Source: Candidatus Poribacteria bacterium (GTDB taxonomy: Bacteria; Poribacteria; WGA-4E; WGA-3G). Taken from it: DNA of 64,000 nt. The stretch is from NCBI GenBank assembly GCA_964291315.2, contig OZ219753.1, positions 2,112,001 through 2,176,000 of the forward strand. The letters are read 5' to 3'. The notes below the pieces were generated by a model. The model made no database searches, was not told where the DNA came from, and saw only the letters and a list, made by a program, of their open reading frames with translations. How positions within the stretch are numbered: the first letter of the stretch is position 1; each line of letters begins with the position of its first letter. Of the stretch, positions 10,011 through 21,775 are shown in pieces. Made by a program: the position numbers and the translations under genes.

Positions 10011-10136
10011 GTTATAGTTGTCAGCATGCCTGCTGCGCAGGCGTTCAGTTATCGGTCTTCGGTTATAGAGTAGTTTGTAGAATACATATAACACATAACC
10101 GCCTCCGGACTTTACTGGCAGCTGACAACTCATAAC
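10011..10136. repeat. Long imperfect inverted repeat between atpE and atpF
   Basis: GTTATAGTTGTCAGC(a)TGCC pairs with GGCAGCTGACAACT(c)ATAAC; inner CGGTTAT/ATAACCG stem. Confidence 0.6.
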
Positions 10137-10164
10137 CATTTCAAAAACAGAGTACAGCAAACTT

Positions 10165-10782
10165 ATGCAAAATGCCAAACGTCGTATTGTAAATTGTGCC
10201 CTATATGTGGGCTACGCGTTTTTAATGGTCATCTGCGTCGACAACGCATTTGCTGCTGAAGCACCTGCTGACGATTCAGGATTATTGGCTCTACTCGGGA
10301 TCGATCCGCAGACGATTATTATTCAAGTCATCGCTTTTTTGGTTGTACTTGCAATCCTTCGGAAGTATGTTTTCGGCAGGGTCGGTGGGCTTTTAGAGGA
10401 ACGCAGAACGGAAATCGTCACGCAATTAGATCAGTTGCGGACGGATCGCGAGGAGTTGGATCGTCTCACTGCAGAGACGCGCCGACGCCTAGCTGACATC
10501 GAGATGGAAGCACAAGCCAAAATCGAGTCTGCGGTTGAGCAAGGGAATACTGAACGGCAGCAAATCCTCACGCAAGCCCGGCAAGAAGCAGAGACTGAAG
10601 TTGCCAGAGCCAAATCAGAGATTCAACGTGAAAAAGAGGAAGCTATCTCGGAACTGCGAGGTGTTGTTGCCGAACTCGCGATTGATGCCGCTAGCACGAT
10701 TATAAGCACAGAGCTCAATGCCGAGAGGCATCAGCATATTATCGACACATCCATTAGTAAGCTGCCAGCCAGTCGTCTGTAG
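10165..10782 (+). CDS. atpF: F0 ATP synthase subunit b
   Basis: TM helix QVIAFLVVLAIL, LEERR, long coiled coil; operon position. Confidence 0.93.
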   Translation: MQNAKRRIVNCALYVGYAFLMVICVDNAFAAEAPADDSGLLALLGIDPQTIIIQVIAFLVVLAILRKYVFGRVGGLLEERRTEIVTQLDQLRTDREELDRLTAETRRRLADIEMEAQAKIESAVEQGNTERQQILTQARQEAETEVARAKSEIQREKEEAISELRGVVAELAIDAASTIISTELNAERHQHIIDTSISKLPASRL

Positions 10783-10904
10783 CCGGGTCCCGGCATTCAG
10801 TAGTTGCTGCGGTGGCGGTTCCCTGCTTTTTACGTCACTGATGTCTGTTCCTGCTTGCTATCGACCGGCAGCCAATAACTATTGTGCAAAGGGGAAGACC
10901 AGCT

Positions 10905-11444
10905 ATGAGAGACATTCGGGTTGCAAAACCTTATGCTCGTGCCCTATACGGTGCAGCGTTGGAACAAAATGCCTTAGTAGAGATTGTCCGAGATATAGAC
11001 AAGCTGCGAGAATTAATTGATCAGTCTCAGGAGTTCGCTCGATTAATCACGAGCCCTATTTTGTCTCCAGAGTTTAAAAGTGAAACGTTCCAGCAGATTT
11101 TTGTCCGTGCGTTGCATCCGCTAACCGTTAATTTCCTCAAACTCCTTGCATCGAAGCAACGTGAACGCTATCTCACAGCAATAATAGATGTCTTTTCATC
11201 AATAGTTGATGAAGCTGCTGGTAGACGCGTCGCAAAAGTGACAACAGCTGTCCCGCTTACATCAGCACAAGAAGCACAGCTCATACAGCATCTAGGTGCA
11301 TACTCAGGAAAACAGATCCGCTTGGAAGCTACAACTGACCCAAAGATTCAGGGCGGATTTGTTGTCCAATTAGATGACACTGTTTTTGACGCTAGTCTTG
11401 CAACACAATTGCAGCGCTTGAAGCACCAACTTGCGGAAGGCTAA
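10905..11444 (+). CDS. atpH: F1 ATP synthase subunit delta
   Basis: VAKPYARALY, NFLKLL, DPKIQGGFVV; ATG 10905 chosen over GTG 10884. Confidence 0.95.
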   Translation: MRDIRVAKPYARALYGAALEQNALVEIVRDIDKLRELIDQSQEFARLITSPILSPEFKSETFQQIFVRALHPLTVNFLKLLASKQRERYLTAIIDVFSSIVDEAAGRRVAKVTTAVPLTSAQEAQLIQHLGAYSGKQIRLEATTDPKIQGGFVVQLDDTVFDASLATQLQRLKHQLAEG

Positions 11445-11531
11445 CTCAATCGGGGCCGGAAGCGGTCTCACCGATTTTTGGAACGTAAAGCCGACCCAAA
11501 GACAAACGCAACTCCACAGAGGACTGAAAAC

Positions 11532-13055
11532 ATGGCAAGAGAAGTCCGACCGGACGAAATATCAAATATCCTTAAAGAACAACTGAAACAGTTCAAACAA
11601 GACGTAGATGTCTATGATTCAGGCACCGTGCTAGAAGTAGGTGATGGCATCGCGCGGGTACATGGACTAGCCAACGCTATGGCGAGCGAGATGATTGAAT
11701 TCCCGAATGACATCTACGGCATCGCATTTAACCTCGAAGAGGACAATGTCGGTTGCGTGCTGTTTGGCGAAGATCAGCTTATCCACGAAGGGGATACCGC
11801 CAAAAGAACAGGAAGACTCCCGGATGTCCCTGTCGGCGAAGCACTCCTCGGACGAACAGTCAACGCTCTAGGAGAACCGATTGATGGCTTAGGCCCCATT
11901 GAAACAAACGCTCGATTTGCGGTTGAGCGAAAGGGATTGGGCATTGTTCAGCGGCAACCAGTAAGCGAGCCCCTCTATACGGGCTTAAAAGCTATTGATA
12001 GTCTGACACCGATCGGGCGCGGTCAACGTGAACTCATCATCGGCGACCGGCGAACAGGTAAGACTGCTATTGCGATTGACACCATTCTGAACCAGAAGAA
12101 CACGGATGTCTATTGCATCTATGTCGCTATTGGGCAAAAAGGTTCAACCTTGGCCCAGGTTGCGAGTACGCTTCGCGAGCATAACGCGATGGAATATACG
12201 ACTATCGTTTCTGCTCCGGCAAGCGCACCGTCGCCGCTGCAATACATGGCACCGTACAGCGGGACCGCGATGGGTGAATATTTCAGAGACAACGGTAAAC
12301 ACGCCCTGATTATATACGATGATCTAACGAAACACGCTTGGGCATACCGCCAGATGTCGCTGCTTTCACGTAGACCTCCCGGCAGGGAAGCTTATCCGGG
12401 CGATGTATTTTACTTACATTCCCGTCTGTTAGAACGTGCTGCAAAACTCAGCGATGAATTGGACGGCGGTTCACTCACAGCGCTGCCAATCATCGAAATT
12501 TTTGAAGGGGATTTGACCACCTATATTCCTACAAATGTCATTTCTATTACTGATGGGCAGATATACCTAACAACCGACCTATTTAACCAAGGTGTGAGAC
12601 CTGCTATTGATGTCGGCACATCGGTTTCGCGTGTCGGTGGAGATGCCCAAGTTAAAGCTATGAAGTCAGATGAAGTGGCCGGGACGCTTAAGCTCGATTT
12701 GGCGAGTTTCCGAGAGGTTGCAGCCTTCGCCCAATTCGGATCGGATTTGGATGCCTCAACCCAATCTTTACTTTTACGTGGTACGCGCCTTGTTGAATTG
12801 CTGAAGCAACCGCAATACCAACCGATGCCTGTGGAACGCGAGATCGCTGCTATCTTCTGTGGAACTAATGGCTACCTGGATGATGTTCCAGAAACGGAAG
12901 TGGCGCGATTTGAATCGGAATTTCTGCAACATCTCGATAGGAACCATGCGGACCTACTCACAGAAATTGCGGAAACGGGGCAGTTAAATGATGAATTGCT
13001 TGAAACTTTACACACTGCAGTGAAAACGTTTAAAACGAATTGGACGACTTCATAA
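11532..13055 (+). CDS. atpA: F1 ATP synthase subunit alpha
   Basis: [43 protein letters not shown]; ATG 11532 chosen. Confidence 0.98.
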   Translation: MAREVRPDEISNILKEQLKQFKQDVDVYDSGTVLEVGDGIARVHGLANAMASEMIEFPNDIYGIAFNLEEDNVGCVLFGEDQLIHEGDTAKRTGRLPDVPVGEALLGRTVNALGEPIDGLGPIETNARFAVERKGLGIVQRQPVSEPLYTGLKAIDSLTPIGRGQRELIIGDRRTGKTAIAIDTILNQKNTDVYCIYVAIGQKGSTLAQVASTLREHNAMEYTTIVSAPASAPSPLQYMAPYSGTAMGEYFRDNGKHALIIYDDLTKHAWAYRQMSLLSRRPPGREAYPGDVFYLHSRLLERAAKLSDELDGGSLTALPIIEIFEGDLTTYIPTNVISITDGQIYLTTDLFNQGVRPAIDVGTSVSRVGGDAQVKAMKSDEVAGTLKLDLASFREVAAFAQFGSDLDASTQSLLLRGTRLVELLKQPQYQPMPVEREIAAIFCGTNGYLDDVPETEVARFESEFLQHLDRNHADLLTEIAETGQLNDELLETLHTAVKTFKTNWTTS

Positions 13056-13093
13056 CGGACAGCGTAATTTTGTATTGGAGTTAGTACAGAGAA

Positions 13094-13972
13094 ATGGCAA
13101 CCTTACGAGAAATTCGACGACGCATCGCTAGTGTTCAAAACATTCAACAGGTTACTGATGCAATGCGTGTTGTTGCTGCTGCGCGACTCCGCCGTGCCCA
13201 AGAAAATATCAATGCAACACGTCCTTATGCGGAGAAGCTCAACGCTATTTTAGGTCATCTGATTTCGCAGGTAAATACCGAGAACGGCGCTTTGGCGCAC
13301 CCGCTGCTCGAAGAGAGAAAAATAGACTGTGTTTGTATCGTTTCCGTCTCTAGCGACCGCGGATTGTGCGGCAGTTTCAACAGCAACGTCATCCGGGCAA
13401 CGACACAACGTGTGCGACACTATCAAGAGGGCGGGGCAGAAGTGCAGCTTATTTGTATCGGTAGACGCACCCACGAACATTTTGCACGACGCAACTACGA
13501 CATCACCGATGCGTACACAAACATCTTCCGCCAGCTGGAATTCCAGACAGCTGTTGACGTTGTTCACGAGTTCGAACATCTCTATGTTGAAAAAACAATC
13601 GATAAAGTCGAGGTTATCTACAACAATTTCAAATCTGCCATTCTTCAGACAGTACTCGTTGAGCAGCTGCTCCCGTTAGTACCTGAGTTTCCTGAAGGAG
13701 ATACACGTTTCTTAGATTATATTTACGAACCAGGCCAATTGGAGCTCTTTGAAATGTTACTCAGCAGGCATCTGAACATGCAAATATGGAAGGTACTTCT
13801 GGATTCAAATGCGGCGGAACAAGCAGCGCGAATGGCAGCAATGGAGAACGCTACGCAAAAAGCGAAAGAACTGATCGACGAGTTAATTCTTCAACGCAAT
13901 AGGGCACGTCAGACACAGATTACAACAGAAATCTCCGAAATTGTAAGTGGCGCAGCCGCACTGGAGGGTTAG
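13094..13972 (+). CDS. atpG: F1 ATP synthase subunit gamma
   Basis: MATLREIRRRI, SDRGLCGSFN, EQAARMAAMENA, RQTQITTEISEI. Confidence 0.98.
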   Translation: MATLREIRRRIASVQNIQQVTDAMRVVAAARLRRAQENINATRPYAEKLNAILGHLISQVNTENGALAHPLLEERKIDCVCIVSVSSDRGLCGSFNSNVIRATTQRVRHYQEGGAEVQLICIGRRTHEHFARRNYDITDAYTNIFRQLEFQTAVDVVHEFEHLYVEKTIDKVEVIYNNFKSAILQTVLVEQLLPLVPEFPEGDTRFLDYIYEPGQLELFEMLLSRHLNMQIWKVLLDSNAAEQAARMAAMENATQKAKELIDELILQRNRARQTQITTEISEIVSGAAALEG

Positions 13973-14018
13973 TAAAGGGTACTTGCCTTGCGAAACAAAA
14001 ACCGGGAGGTCGTAGAAA

Positions 14019-14513
14019 ATGTCAATCAACGTTAATGAACAAATTGAAGAGGCAATGGAACGCGGGGAATTCAGTAATTTGTCTGGTAAAGGCAAGCCTC
14101 TCAAATTGGATACGAATCCTTTCTTGACTCCACAAGCACGGATGACGAATCGACTCTTGAAAGAGAATGGGTTCGCGCCTCGGTGGGTCGAATTGGAAAA
14201 AGAGATTCGGCGGGAGAAGGTGCTGCTTGAAAAACGCCTCACGAACTTGAAAGCCCGTGGAGAACGATTGGCTGTACTCATACAGCGACACCCGGATCGA
14301 CAGCGAAACATCGGTCGGAGTTTTGAAGATGAAAGGGCTCATGGTATTGAACAGTACAGCAAAAATCTTGATAAGTTGAATCGGAAAATCGAGCGTGTGA
14401 ATCTTCTGATGCCGACTCGCAATCGGCAATACGCGCTCATCAATAAAGAAACTGCACTACTCCGTTTTCAGGAAATGTGTCCAAGTCTTTTAACGAAGGT
14501 GTATACCGATTAA
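14019..14513 (+). CDS. DUF1992 (DNAJC28 conserved domain) protein
   Basis: QIEEAMERGEFSNLSGKGKPL ... RLLKENGFAPRWVELEKEI; RBS ggagg. Confidence 0.85.
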   Translation: MSINVNEQIEEAMERGEFSNLSGKGKPLKLDTNPFLTPQARMTNRLLKENGFAPRWVELEKEIRREKVLLEKRLTNLKARGERLAVLIQRHPDRQRNIGRSFEDERAHGIEQYSKNLDKLNRKIERVNLLMPTRNRQYALINKETALLRFQEMCPSLLTKVYTD

Positions 14514-14614
14514 CAGATACGTCAAATATTTGCTGCATGGCACGCTCAGACCAATGAGAGAGCACGTTATATTTGATTGATATGCAATAAACCGATTCGC
14601 GTTATTCAACCTAA

Positions 14615-16036
<1,422 letters not shown>

Positions 16037-16231
16037 TTTTCTAAACTACTATTCAATTGTGGCACTTCTCCACTAAGTTTCGCGGGGATTTTCAGTTAAG
16101 TCTAACTGCCTTTGGGTTATAAAAGGTAGTGGATCTGGAATAGAAGCATACGTCTCTGCAGCCAAGTTGGGGTTTATCAAACGGCATCGTGAGACGAAGT
16201 GCGACGATGCTCAGAGACACAGAATTAAAAT

Positions 16232-16639
16232 ATGCTAAATAAAAGTTTTCATGTTGAGATACGGACACCAGAGCAATTGGTTTATGAAGGCGATGTGACG
16301 AGCATTCGTGCACCAGGGATAGAAGGTAACTTTGAGATTCTGGCGGGACATCTCCCTTTTCTAACCGCGCTGGACATCGGCGAGATCCGGATCCGTGAAT
16401 CTGAGTCACCACAGTTAATGGCAATAAGTGGTGGGGTCTTTGAAGTACTCCGCGTAGGCGTTACTGCATTGGTAGAGACAGCAGAATGGGCATCGGAGAT
16501 CGATGTGAAACGTGCTGAAAAAGCCCGGGACCGTGCGCAAGCCGCACTTGCGGCAAATGCCCCAGATATGAATCGTCCGCAAGTAGATGCGGCATTTGCC
16601 CGGGCAAGAAACCGCATCAAGGTTGCTGGTAATGTATAA
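16232..16639 (+). CDS. atpC: F1 ATP synthase subunit epsilon
   Basis: IRTPE, PGIEGNFEILAGHLP, ISGG, EIDVKRA. Confidence 0.95.
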   Translation: MLNKSFHVEIRTPEQLVYEGDVTSIRAPGIEGNFEILAGHLPFLTALDIGEIRIRESESPQLMAISGGVFEVLRVGVTALVETAEWASEIDVKRAEKARDRAQAALAANAPDMNRPQVDAAFARARNRIKVAGNV

Positions 16640-16645
16640 AAACAC

Positions 16646-17524
16646 TTATTCGGAGCGATGTCCCGCGTAGCCGCGTGGGGTTTCAAAAGCGTCTGTCCAC
16701 AGATCACACCACTCTTGGTGATTGGAGAGAACAGATTCGGGATTCTTTCGACTTCGCACAATAAAGTCGGGATGCGCTGTTCTTCCGGTGTGTTGTCCGG
16801 TGGGTTGATAACGTAAGTCTAATGACCACCGGCATCGGTCGGATATGTTCGGTTGTGACCGGTGCGGTGTGAAACGACTTAACAAGATGATGTCGCCGTG
16901 GTAACACTCGAGTATGAGTGGTTCAATATCCGGCATCAATTCTGGAACAATCATCGTTCCCCCCTCTTTCTGATGGCGGAGATAGCCTTCCTCTGTAATT
17001 CCGGGCAGCGCCTGAAGGCAACCCATTTCTACTGTGCTATCGCCTAGCGGAAGCCAACATGTGACGATGTTTGAGCCTTCGGCTTCCTGCATCATGACCC
17101 CCGCATCCTGATGCCAAGGCACTCCGCCCGCCCAGCTTGCTTTTCCATCTACGACTGGCGGCTTCGCCCGAAGATGCTGAATCGGGTTACAAGTAATCTC
17201 AGGTCCAACGATCCCTTCGATAACATCTAAAAGGTTGTCATTTTTCAAGAACTCAAAGATCGCTTTACCGCGGTAGTGCATGATATCCAGACCCCGTGCC
17301 ATCTCCCCGGATTGCACCAATAATTTTCCAAACCGGCGGTCGAAAGATTCGTTTTCGTAGAGGTTTTCGATGGCATTTTCCTGTTTTAGGGCAAGGGCAC
17401 GTTCTGCAATCCAATCCGAAATTTCATCAATCACCGGTTGTAGGTCTTCATCAGTCAATGCATTTTTGACTACGAGAACGCCTTGTGTCCAAAAGGTTTC
17501 ACACTGCTCTGGCGTGAGTTTCAT
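16646..17524 (-). CDS. Phytanoyl-CoA dioxygenase (PhyH) family 2OG-Fe(II) oxygenase
   Basis: WHQD, WLPL..GCL, HRSQPN..RWSLDLRY. Confidence 0.9.
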   Translation of the reverse strand: MKLTPEQCETFWTQGVLVVKNALTDEDLQPVIDEISDWIAERALALKQENAIENLYENESFDRRFGKLLVQSGEMARGLDIMHYRGKAIFEFLKNDNLLDVIEGIVGPEITCNPIQHLRAKPPVVDGKASWAGGVPWHQDAGVMMQEAEGSNIVTCWLPLGDSTVEMGCLQALPGITEEGYLRHQKEGGTMIVPELMPDIEPLILECYHGDIILLSRFTPHRSQPNISDRCRWSLDLRYQPTGQHTGRTAHPDFIVRSRKNPESVLSNHQEWCDLWTDAFETPRGYAGHRSE

Positions 17525-17998
17525 AAAGCAATATCTCCATTCTCATGAGTTTGCAAGATAAATTTGTCTTTGTCTTACGCTGTCCTCTATAAAAAGTTAT
17601 GTCCATATCATAACATAACGAGGAAACATCAACAAGAAGTATTACAGAATTGGAAGCGAATGGATTGTCTCGGGCCCCAAACGTCAGAGTTATCTTACAA
17701 GAAGAAGGGGTAGAACCCCGCGCGAGACTTTCTGCCTACAGTCAACAGAGCTAGAGATCAAAAAATCCGACTACTCCTATTACGTCCAGACTTTCTGATA
17801 ACACAAACTGTGGATTTGTGGTTACTTTCTTTTCTTTCTTGCTCTCATTTTTTCATTTCTATTGAAGGAGTCCAAGGATGTACAACCAAATGTCAAACCT
17901 ATGAGAGGGCGTAAAGGGTTTCTCCTCGCGCCCTACAATGCAACGGCTACTGCCGCCCACCTAAGACTGAAATTTTCGATTTATTTCACAGACAGCGG

Positions 17999-19357
17999 TT
18001 AAACGGGCCATCTATTCTGAAATTCTTTTACCATTGCTTCAGGGGCACCGTGTTGTGCTATGAAGTCCAAAAATGCTTGATAGAGTCGACGCGCCTCTTC
18101 TGTATCCGCTTCAAACCGATTCTGCACTTGTTCTGGATCGGAGGGTAAATGGAACAACTGCTTCGGAGCTCCTTGGTTCTCTAAAAGCAAGGACCAAGTG
18201 CCGTCAGTGACGCTGCCGTGTGGGCTTCCGCCATCAGGGCTCCATCCACCTACCCAAGCCCCGTGTGTAATTGCATACTCCCGTCCGGTGTCAGTGTCTC
18301 CCATGATGATCTGGAGGATACTTTCTCCTTCTAGCTGCTCCCCACGTTCTGCCCCGAATACATCGACGACAGTAGCAGCAATATCGGCAATGCTAGTGAG
18401 GGCATCTGTATGACGGGGCGTTGCATCTGGATGATACACGAGCAGGGGGATATGGATGATCTCCTCATACATGGTAAGATTCTTAGCGAGGAGTCCGTGT
18501 TCACCCAATAGGAAACCGTGATCCGCCATGAAGATTATCATCGTATTTTCCATCAACCCCATGTAGTCAACTTTTCGCAAAAGCTGCCCGATCCAATTAT
18601 CAACGAGCGAGGCTTCGGCGCGATAGAGCGCGTTGAGGCGCTCCGTCTCACGCGCATTCATCGAATTGGGGCCGTAAGGTGGATAGATCGGTTCTGGTCC
18701 ATCGTAATCGCTTGAATCGAAACGCTCTAGATACCATTCGGGGGCATCCCATGGCTCGTGCGGATCGAAGGTATCCACCATGAGGTAAAAGTTTTGATGC
18801 TGATAGTTTCGTTCCAGCCAATCACAAGCGGTCTGCATAGTTTGGGCCACAAAGGTATCGGCTTCCGTCTGTCGAAAAGAGGTGTTTTTGATGTGATTCC
18901 CGAGTCCGGGAGGTAATCTGTTCGGATGTGTTCGGGTATACGTGCGATACTGCAGCGCCCTTTTCGATTCATAATCGTAGGGTTGTGTCTCCAAACAGTC
19001 GCCTTCTTGCCCGCGAATCCATTTCCACCCGGTAAACCCGCGATTGTAAAAGAAGCCGTTGTTGATATGATGCGGTGTATCTGCAATCATCATACTAACG
19101 ACTCCGGCATTGGTTAAGACATCAGCAATCACAGGGACATCTCTTTTGAGAGGTTCCCACCCGCGTCGACAAATACCGACTTGCCCTGTTACGAGTTCAC
19201 CCCGGATCGGTACAGTCGGAAAACTACAGACATACGCCTTATCAAACACGACACATTTTTCGGCAAAAGCATTCAGTGATGGTGTGTATCCTTTGCCTCC
19301 ATAAATTGCAAGGTTGTCGCGTCGAAATGTATCTGAAATAATGTGGATAATATTCAT
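17999..19357 (-). CDS. Sulfatase-like hydrolase (alkaline phosphatase superfamily)
   Basis: NIIHIISDTFR, TVPIR at the CxPxR site, FDPHEPW, ADHGFLLGEHG. Confidence 0.88.
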   Translation of the reverse strand: MNIIHIISDTFRRDNLAIYGGKGYTPSLNAFAEKCVVFDKAYVCSFPTVPIRGELVTGQVGICRRGWEPLKRDVPVIADVLTNAGVVSMMIADTPHHINNGFFYNRGFTGWKWIRGQEGDCLETQPYDYESKRALQYRTYTRTHPNRLPPGLGNHIKNTSFRQTEADTFVAQTMQTACDWLERNYQHQNFYLMVDTFDPHEPWDAPEWYLERFDSSDYDGPEPIYPPYGPNSMNARETERLNALYRAEASLVDNWIGQLLRKVDYMGLMENTMIIFMADHGFLLGEHGLLAKNLTMYEEIIHIPLLVYHPDATPRHTDALTSIADIAATVVDVFGAERGEQLEGESILQIIMGDTDTGREYAITHGAWVGGWSPDGGSPHGSVTDGTWSLLLENQGAPKQLFHLPSDPEQVQNRFEADTEEARRLYQAFLDFIAQHGAPEAMVKEFQNRWPV

Positions 19358-19490
19358 AGGAATTTCTTGCTCCGTTAGTCGAAAACAGCATACAGAATTG
19401 AAGTACGGACTCCTATTTCGCTACAATTCATTTCTACCGGTATTATACCTCGTTTTCAGTTTCTGATGTCGAAAATTTAGAATGCGCTTG

Positions 19491-20867
19491 CTAGTCAACA
19501 TTAAGAGGTTTCTCACGGTTGGCTATTTGCACAACAGCGGGTAAGAGTCCATAAATACCCCAGAAGGGGACACCAATAGCGTCACCGTTCAAGAGGTTAT
19601 TCACAATAAAATGTACCATCAATGACAATTCAGCTGCCATTAATCCAATAACGGTAGCTCGATAAAAGCTGTCACTTATTGTTCGAAGTGCTCGGAATCC
19701 GTAGCGTAAGAAAGCAACATTGAGCCATATCCATACCCCTAACCCGACAATCCCCAATTCTGCGATAACTTGCAGGTACTCGCTATGTGCCCCGAGTTGG
19801 TACTGTGCCGTATAGCTCCCGACAAGTGCTACATCTTCTTCGTAAAGCATCGCAAACGCCCCGTAGCCTTTACCCAAAACCGGGTTTTCGAGAAACATTG
19901 TTAGTGCTTGAGCCCATCGCAAGAGCCGCGCGCGATTTGACGCATAGGAAATATCAACAGCAGACGTAATTCTTTCAACAATAATGTTGTGGACCCCGGG
20001 TAGGTTCAGACACACGAATAAGATAAAACATGCAGCACCTATAAACAGAATTTTTCTATGCGTAACGCCTCTGCCGAGTTGAACCAGCATGAAGCCAACT
20101 GCAACGACGACAGAAAGCCATACCCCACGTGAAAAACACATAAGGAGTCCGATGAAAAAACAGACAAACCACGCTGTCCATAGTTCTCTATCGTAGGCTC
20201 CATCGTCAAACAAGAGACGACTGAGACAGATAAGAAAAAAGAGAGCTGTGAAGGAACCGTAAACCGAGTAATTTGTAAATGGTGTGCTGCGGTATGCACT
20301 TGTCCATTGCCAAGCATCAATACGGTAGATGAGAACAATCACTGTCCAGATAACTGCGACCACTGCAGACGGAAAGCTAGCAATAAAAACCCGTTTCAGA
20401 GCAGCCCTGTTACGGATAACAGCATGCACTATCACGCTAAATAACATGTAAACTGTAGCGCGGAGTGCTCCTTTGAGGGTGACAAAAATATCTGGTGTAT
20501 TGATTACGGAAAGGAATGTAAGGAAGATATAACAGTAGACGGGGGCAAAAAAGGGAAATTTGTCTTCGGACTTAGGTTTCCGAAGTGCCAGGTTAATTAT
20601 TTTTTGTACACCGTAAACCGCAGCAAGCATTCCTAATATAGGTTCTGTAGGTGTTTGGATCTCAAAGCTCCCGGGGACAATATAACGAAATGAAAACGGC
20701 AGGGCGATCAGTAGAAGGTAGACGGCTATCTCCATGCCGACGAAGACAAAGACAGCGGTTGCAACCAGCAGGCTCAGAAATGGAAGGCGTGTCTCTGCGT
20801 AAGCGCCGATAATACTGCCGAACACGAGAAAGATAACAATAGGGATAACGCGTTTGACATACTTCAA
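19491..20867 (-). CDS. O-antigen ligase (WaaL/Wzy_C) family protein
   Basis: Many TM helices, FSRGVWL, SNRARLLRW, GKGYG, AHSEYLQVIAELGIVG. Confidence 0.88.
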   Translation of the reverse strand: MKYVKRVIPIVIFLVFGSIIGAYAETRLPFLSLLVATAVFVFVGMEIAVYLLLIALPFSFRYIVPGSFEIQTPTEPILGMLAAVYGVQKIINLALRKPKSEDKFPFFAPVYCYIFLTFLSVINTPDIFVTLKGALRATVYMLFSVIVHAVIRNRAALKRVFIASFPSAVVAVIWTVIVLIYRIDAWQWTSAYRSTPFTNYSVYGSFTALFFLICLSRLLFDDGAYDRELWTAWFVCFFIGLLMCFSRGVWLSVVVAVGFMLVQLGRGVTHRKILFIGAACFILFVCLNLPGVHNIIVERITSAVDISYASNRARLLRWAQALTMFLENPVLGKGYGAFAMLYEEDVALVGSYTAQYQLGAHSEYLQVIAELGIVGLGVWIWLNVAFLRYGFRALRTISDSFYRATVIGLMAAELSLMVHFIVNNLLNGDAIGVPFWGIYGLLPAVVQIANREKPLNVD

Positions 20868-20947
20868 GGATATCCGTGGAATGATTATCGGTTCTCAGCT
20901 AAGAGGAGTCGTTAGCAGATGTCTCTTCACACCGATTTTACCGCTTA

Positions 20948-21628
20948 CTAAAATTGCATTTCAGCCGTTAATCCAATTGCAGTGCCATCTAAAATTAGAT
21001 CTAGCGGTATAGTGCCGGTGGACTCTATTGTTTTGAGGATCCGCTTCAGTTCAAGGTTGAGTGAAAAGCCCCCCGACTGAAATATCTCTGCGCCGACGAA
21101 AACGTACCCGGTTGGCCCGGGAGAGCTATTATCGAAACTGATACCTTGCTCTTCAATCAGATCTAGTGCGCTCCCGCTCAAACTCGTCCCCAGAAAACCG
21201 ATTCCGCCTCCCAAATAGATCGGAACAAACTCAGACAAAAGTATCGGACGATAGATAAGTTGATATGAGACTGGAATAAAGGTAGCTGAAAAGTCTAGCG
21301 AGGTAGGCGGCGGAATGTCAAGTTGCATTTTCCAATAACCCAATTCAAAACGTGAATCTAACTGTAGTGCATGTTTAAATACAACCGAAAACATAGGCAG
21401 CGGCTTGCTTGGAATTTGCTCAACCCCGACGCTCCGGAGGACATCAAGGAGGCTGCCCAATTTGGGTTTGTAGGAAAATAAGGAGAGTTGAAACGATGAC
21501 GTTTGAAGGTATTGGGTTAAGAACTGTCGGATAGGTGCCGGTCTTGACACGGGAACGTCTACGGTATCTGCAAACGTTGGACAGTTTATTAGGAGAAAAA
21601 TCAAAAGATAGACAGACAGCCGGCGCAT
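20948..21628 (-). CDS. Putative outer-membrane beta-barrel protein
   Basis: Signal peptide, amphipathic strands, YLGGGIG, C-terminal Phe. Confidence 0.6.
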   Translation of the reverse strand: MRRLSVYLLIFLLINCPTFADTVDVPVSRPAPIRQFLTQYLQTSSFQLSLFSYKPKLGSLLDVLRSVGVEQIPSKPLPMFSVVFKHALQLDSRFELGYWKMQLDIPPPTSLDFSATFIPVSYQLIYRPILLSEFVPIYLGGGIGFLGTSLSGSALDLIEEQGISFDNSSPGPTGYVFVGAEIFQSGGFSLNLELKRILKTIESTGTIPLDLILDGTAIGLTAEMQF

Positions 21629-21775
21629 AAACGATCGAAACCTTTAATAAAACAATATATGGTATAGAGCGATAAAAAGAAACAATAGGCGGGCACACAG
21701 CCCGCCCTGCGTTGATAGGGAAAAGTTAGTTAACATCATTAAATCTAAGGTAATGATAGTCCTCGGAACCCTAGT

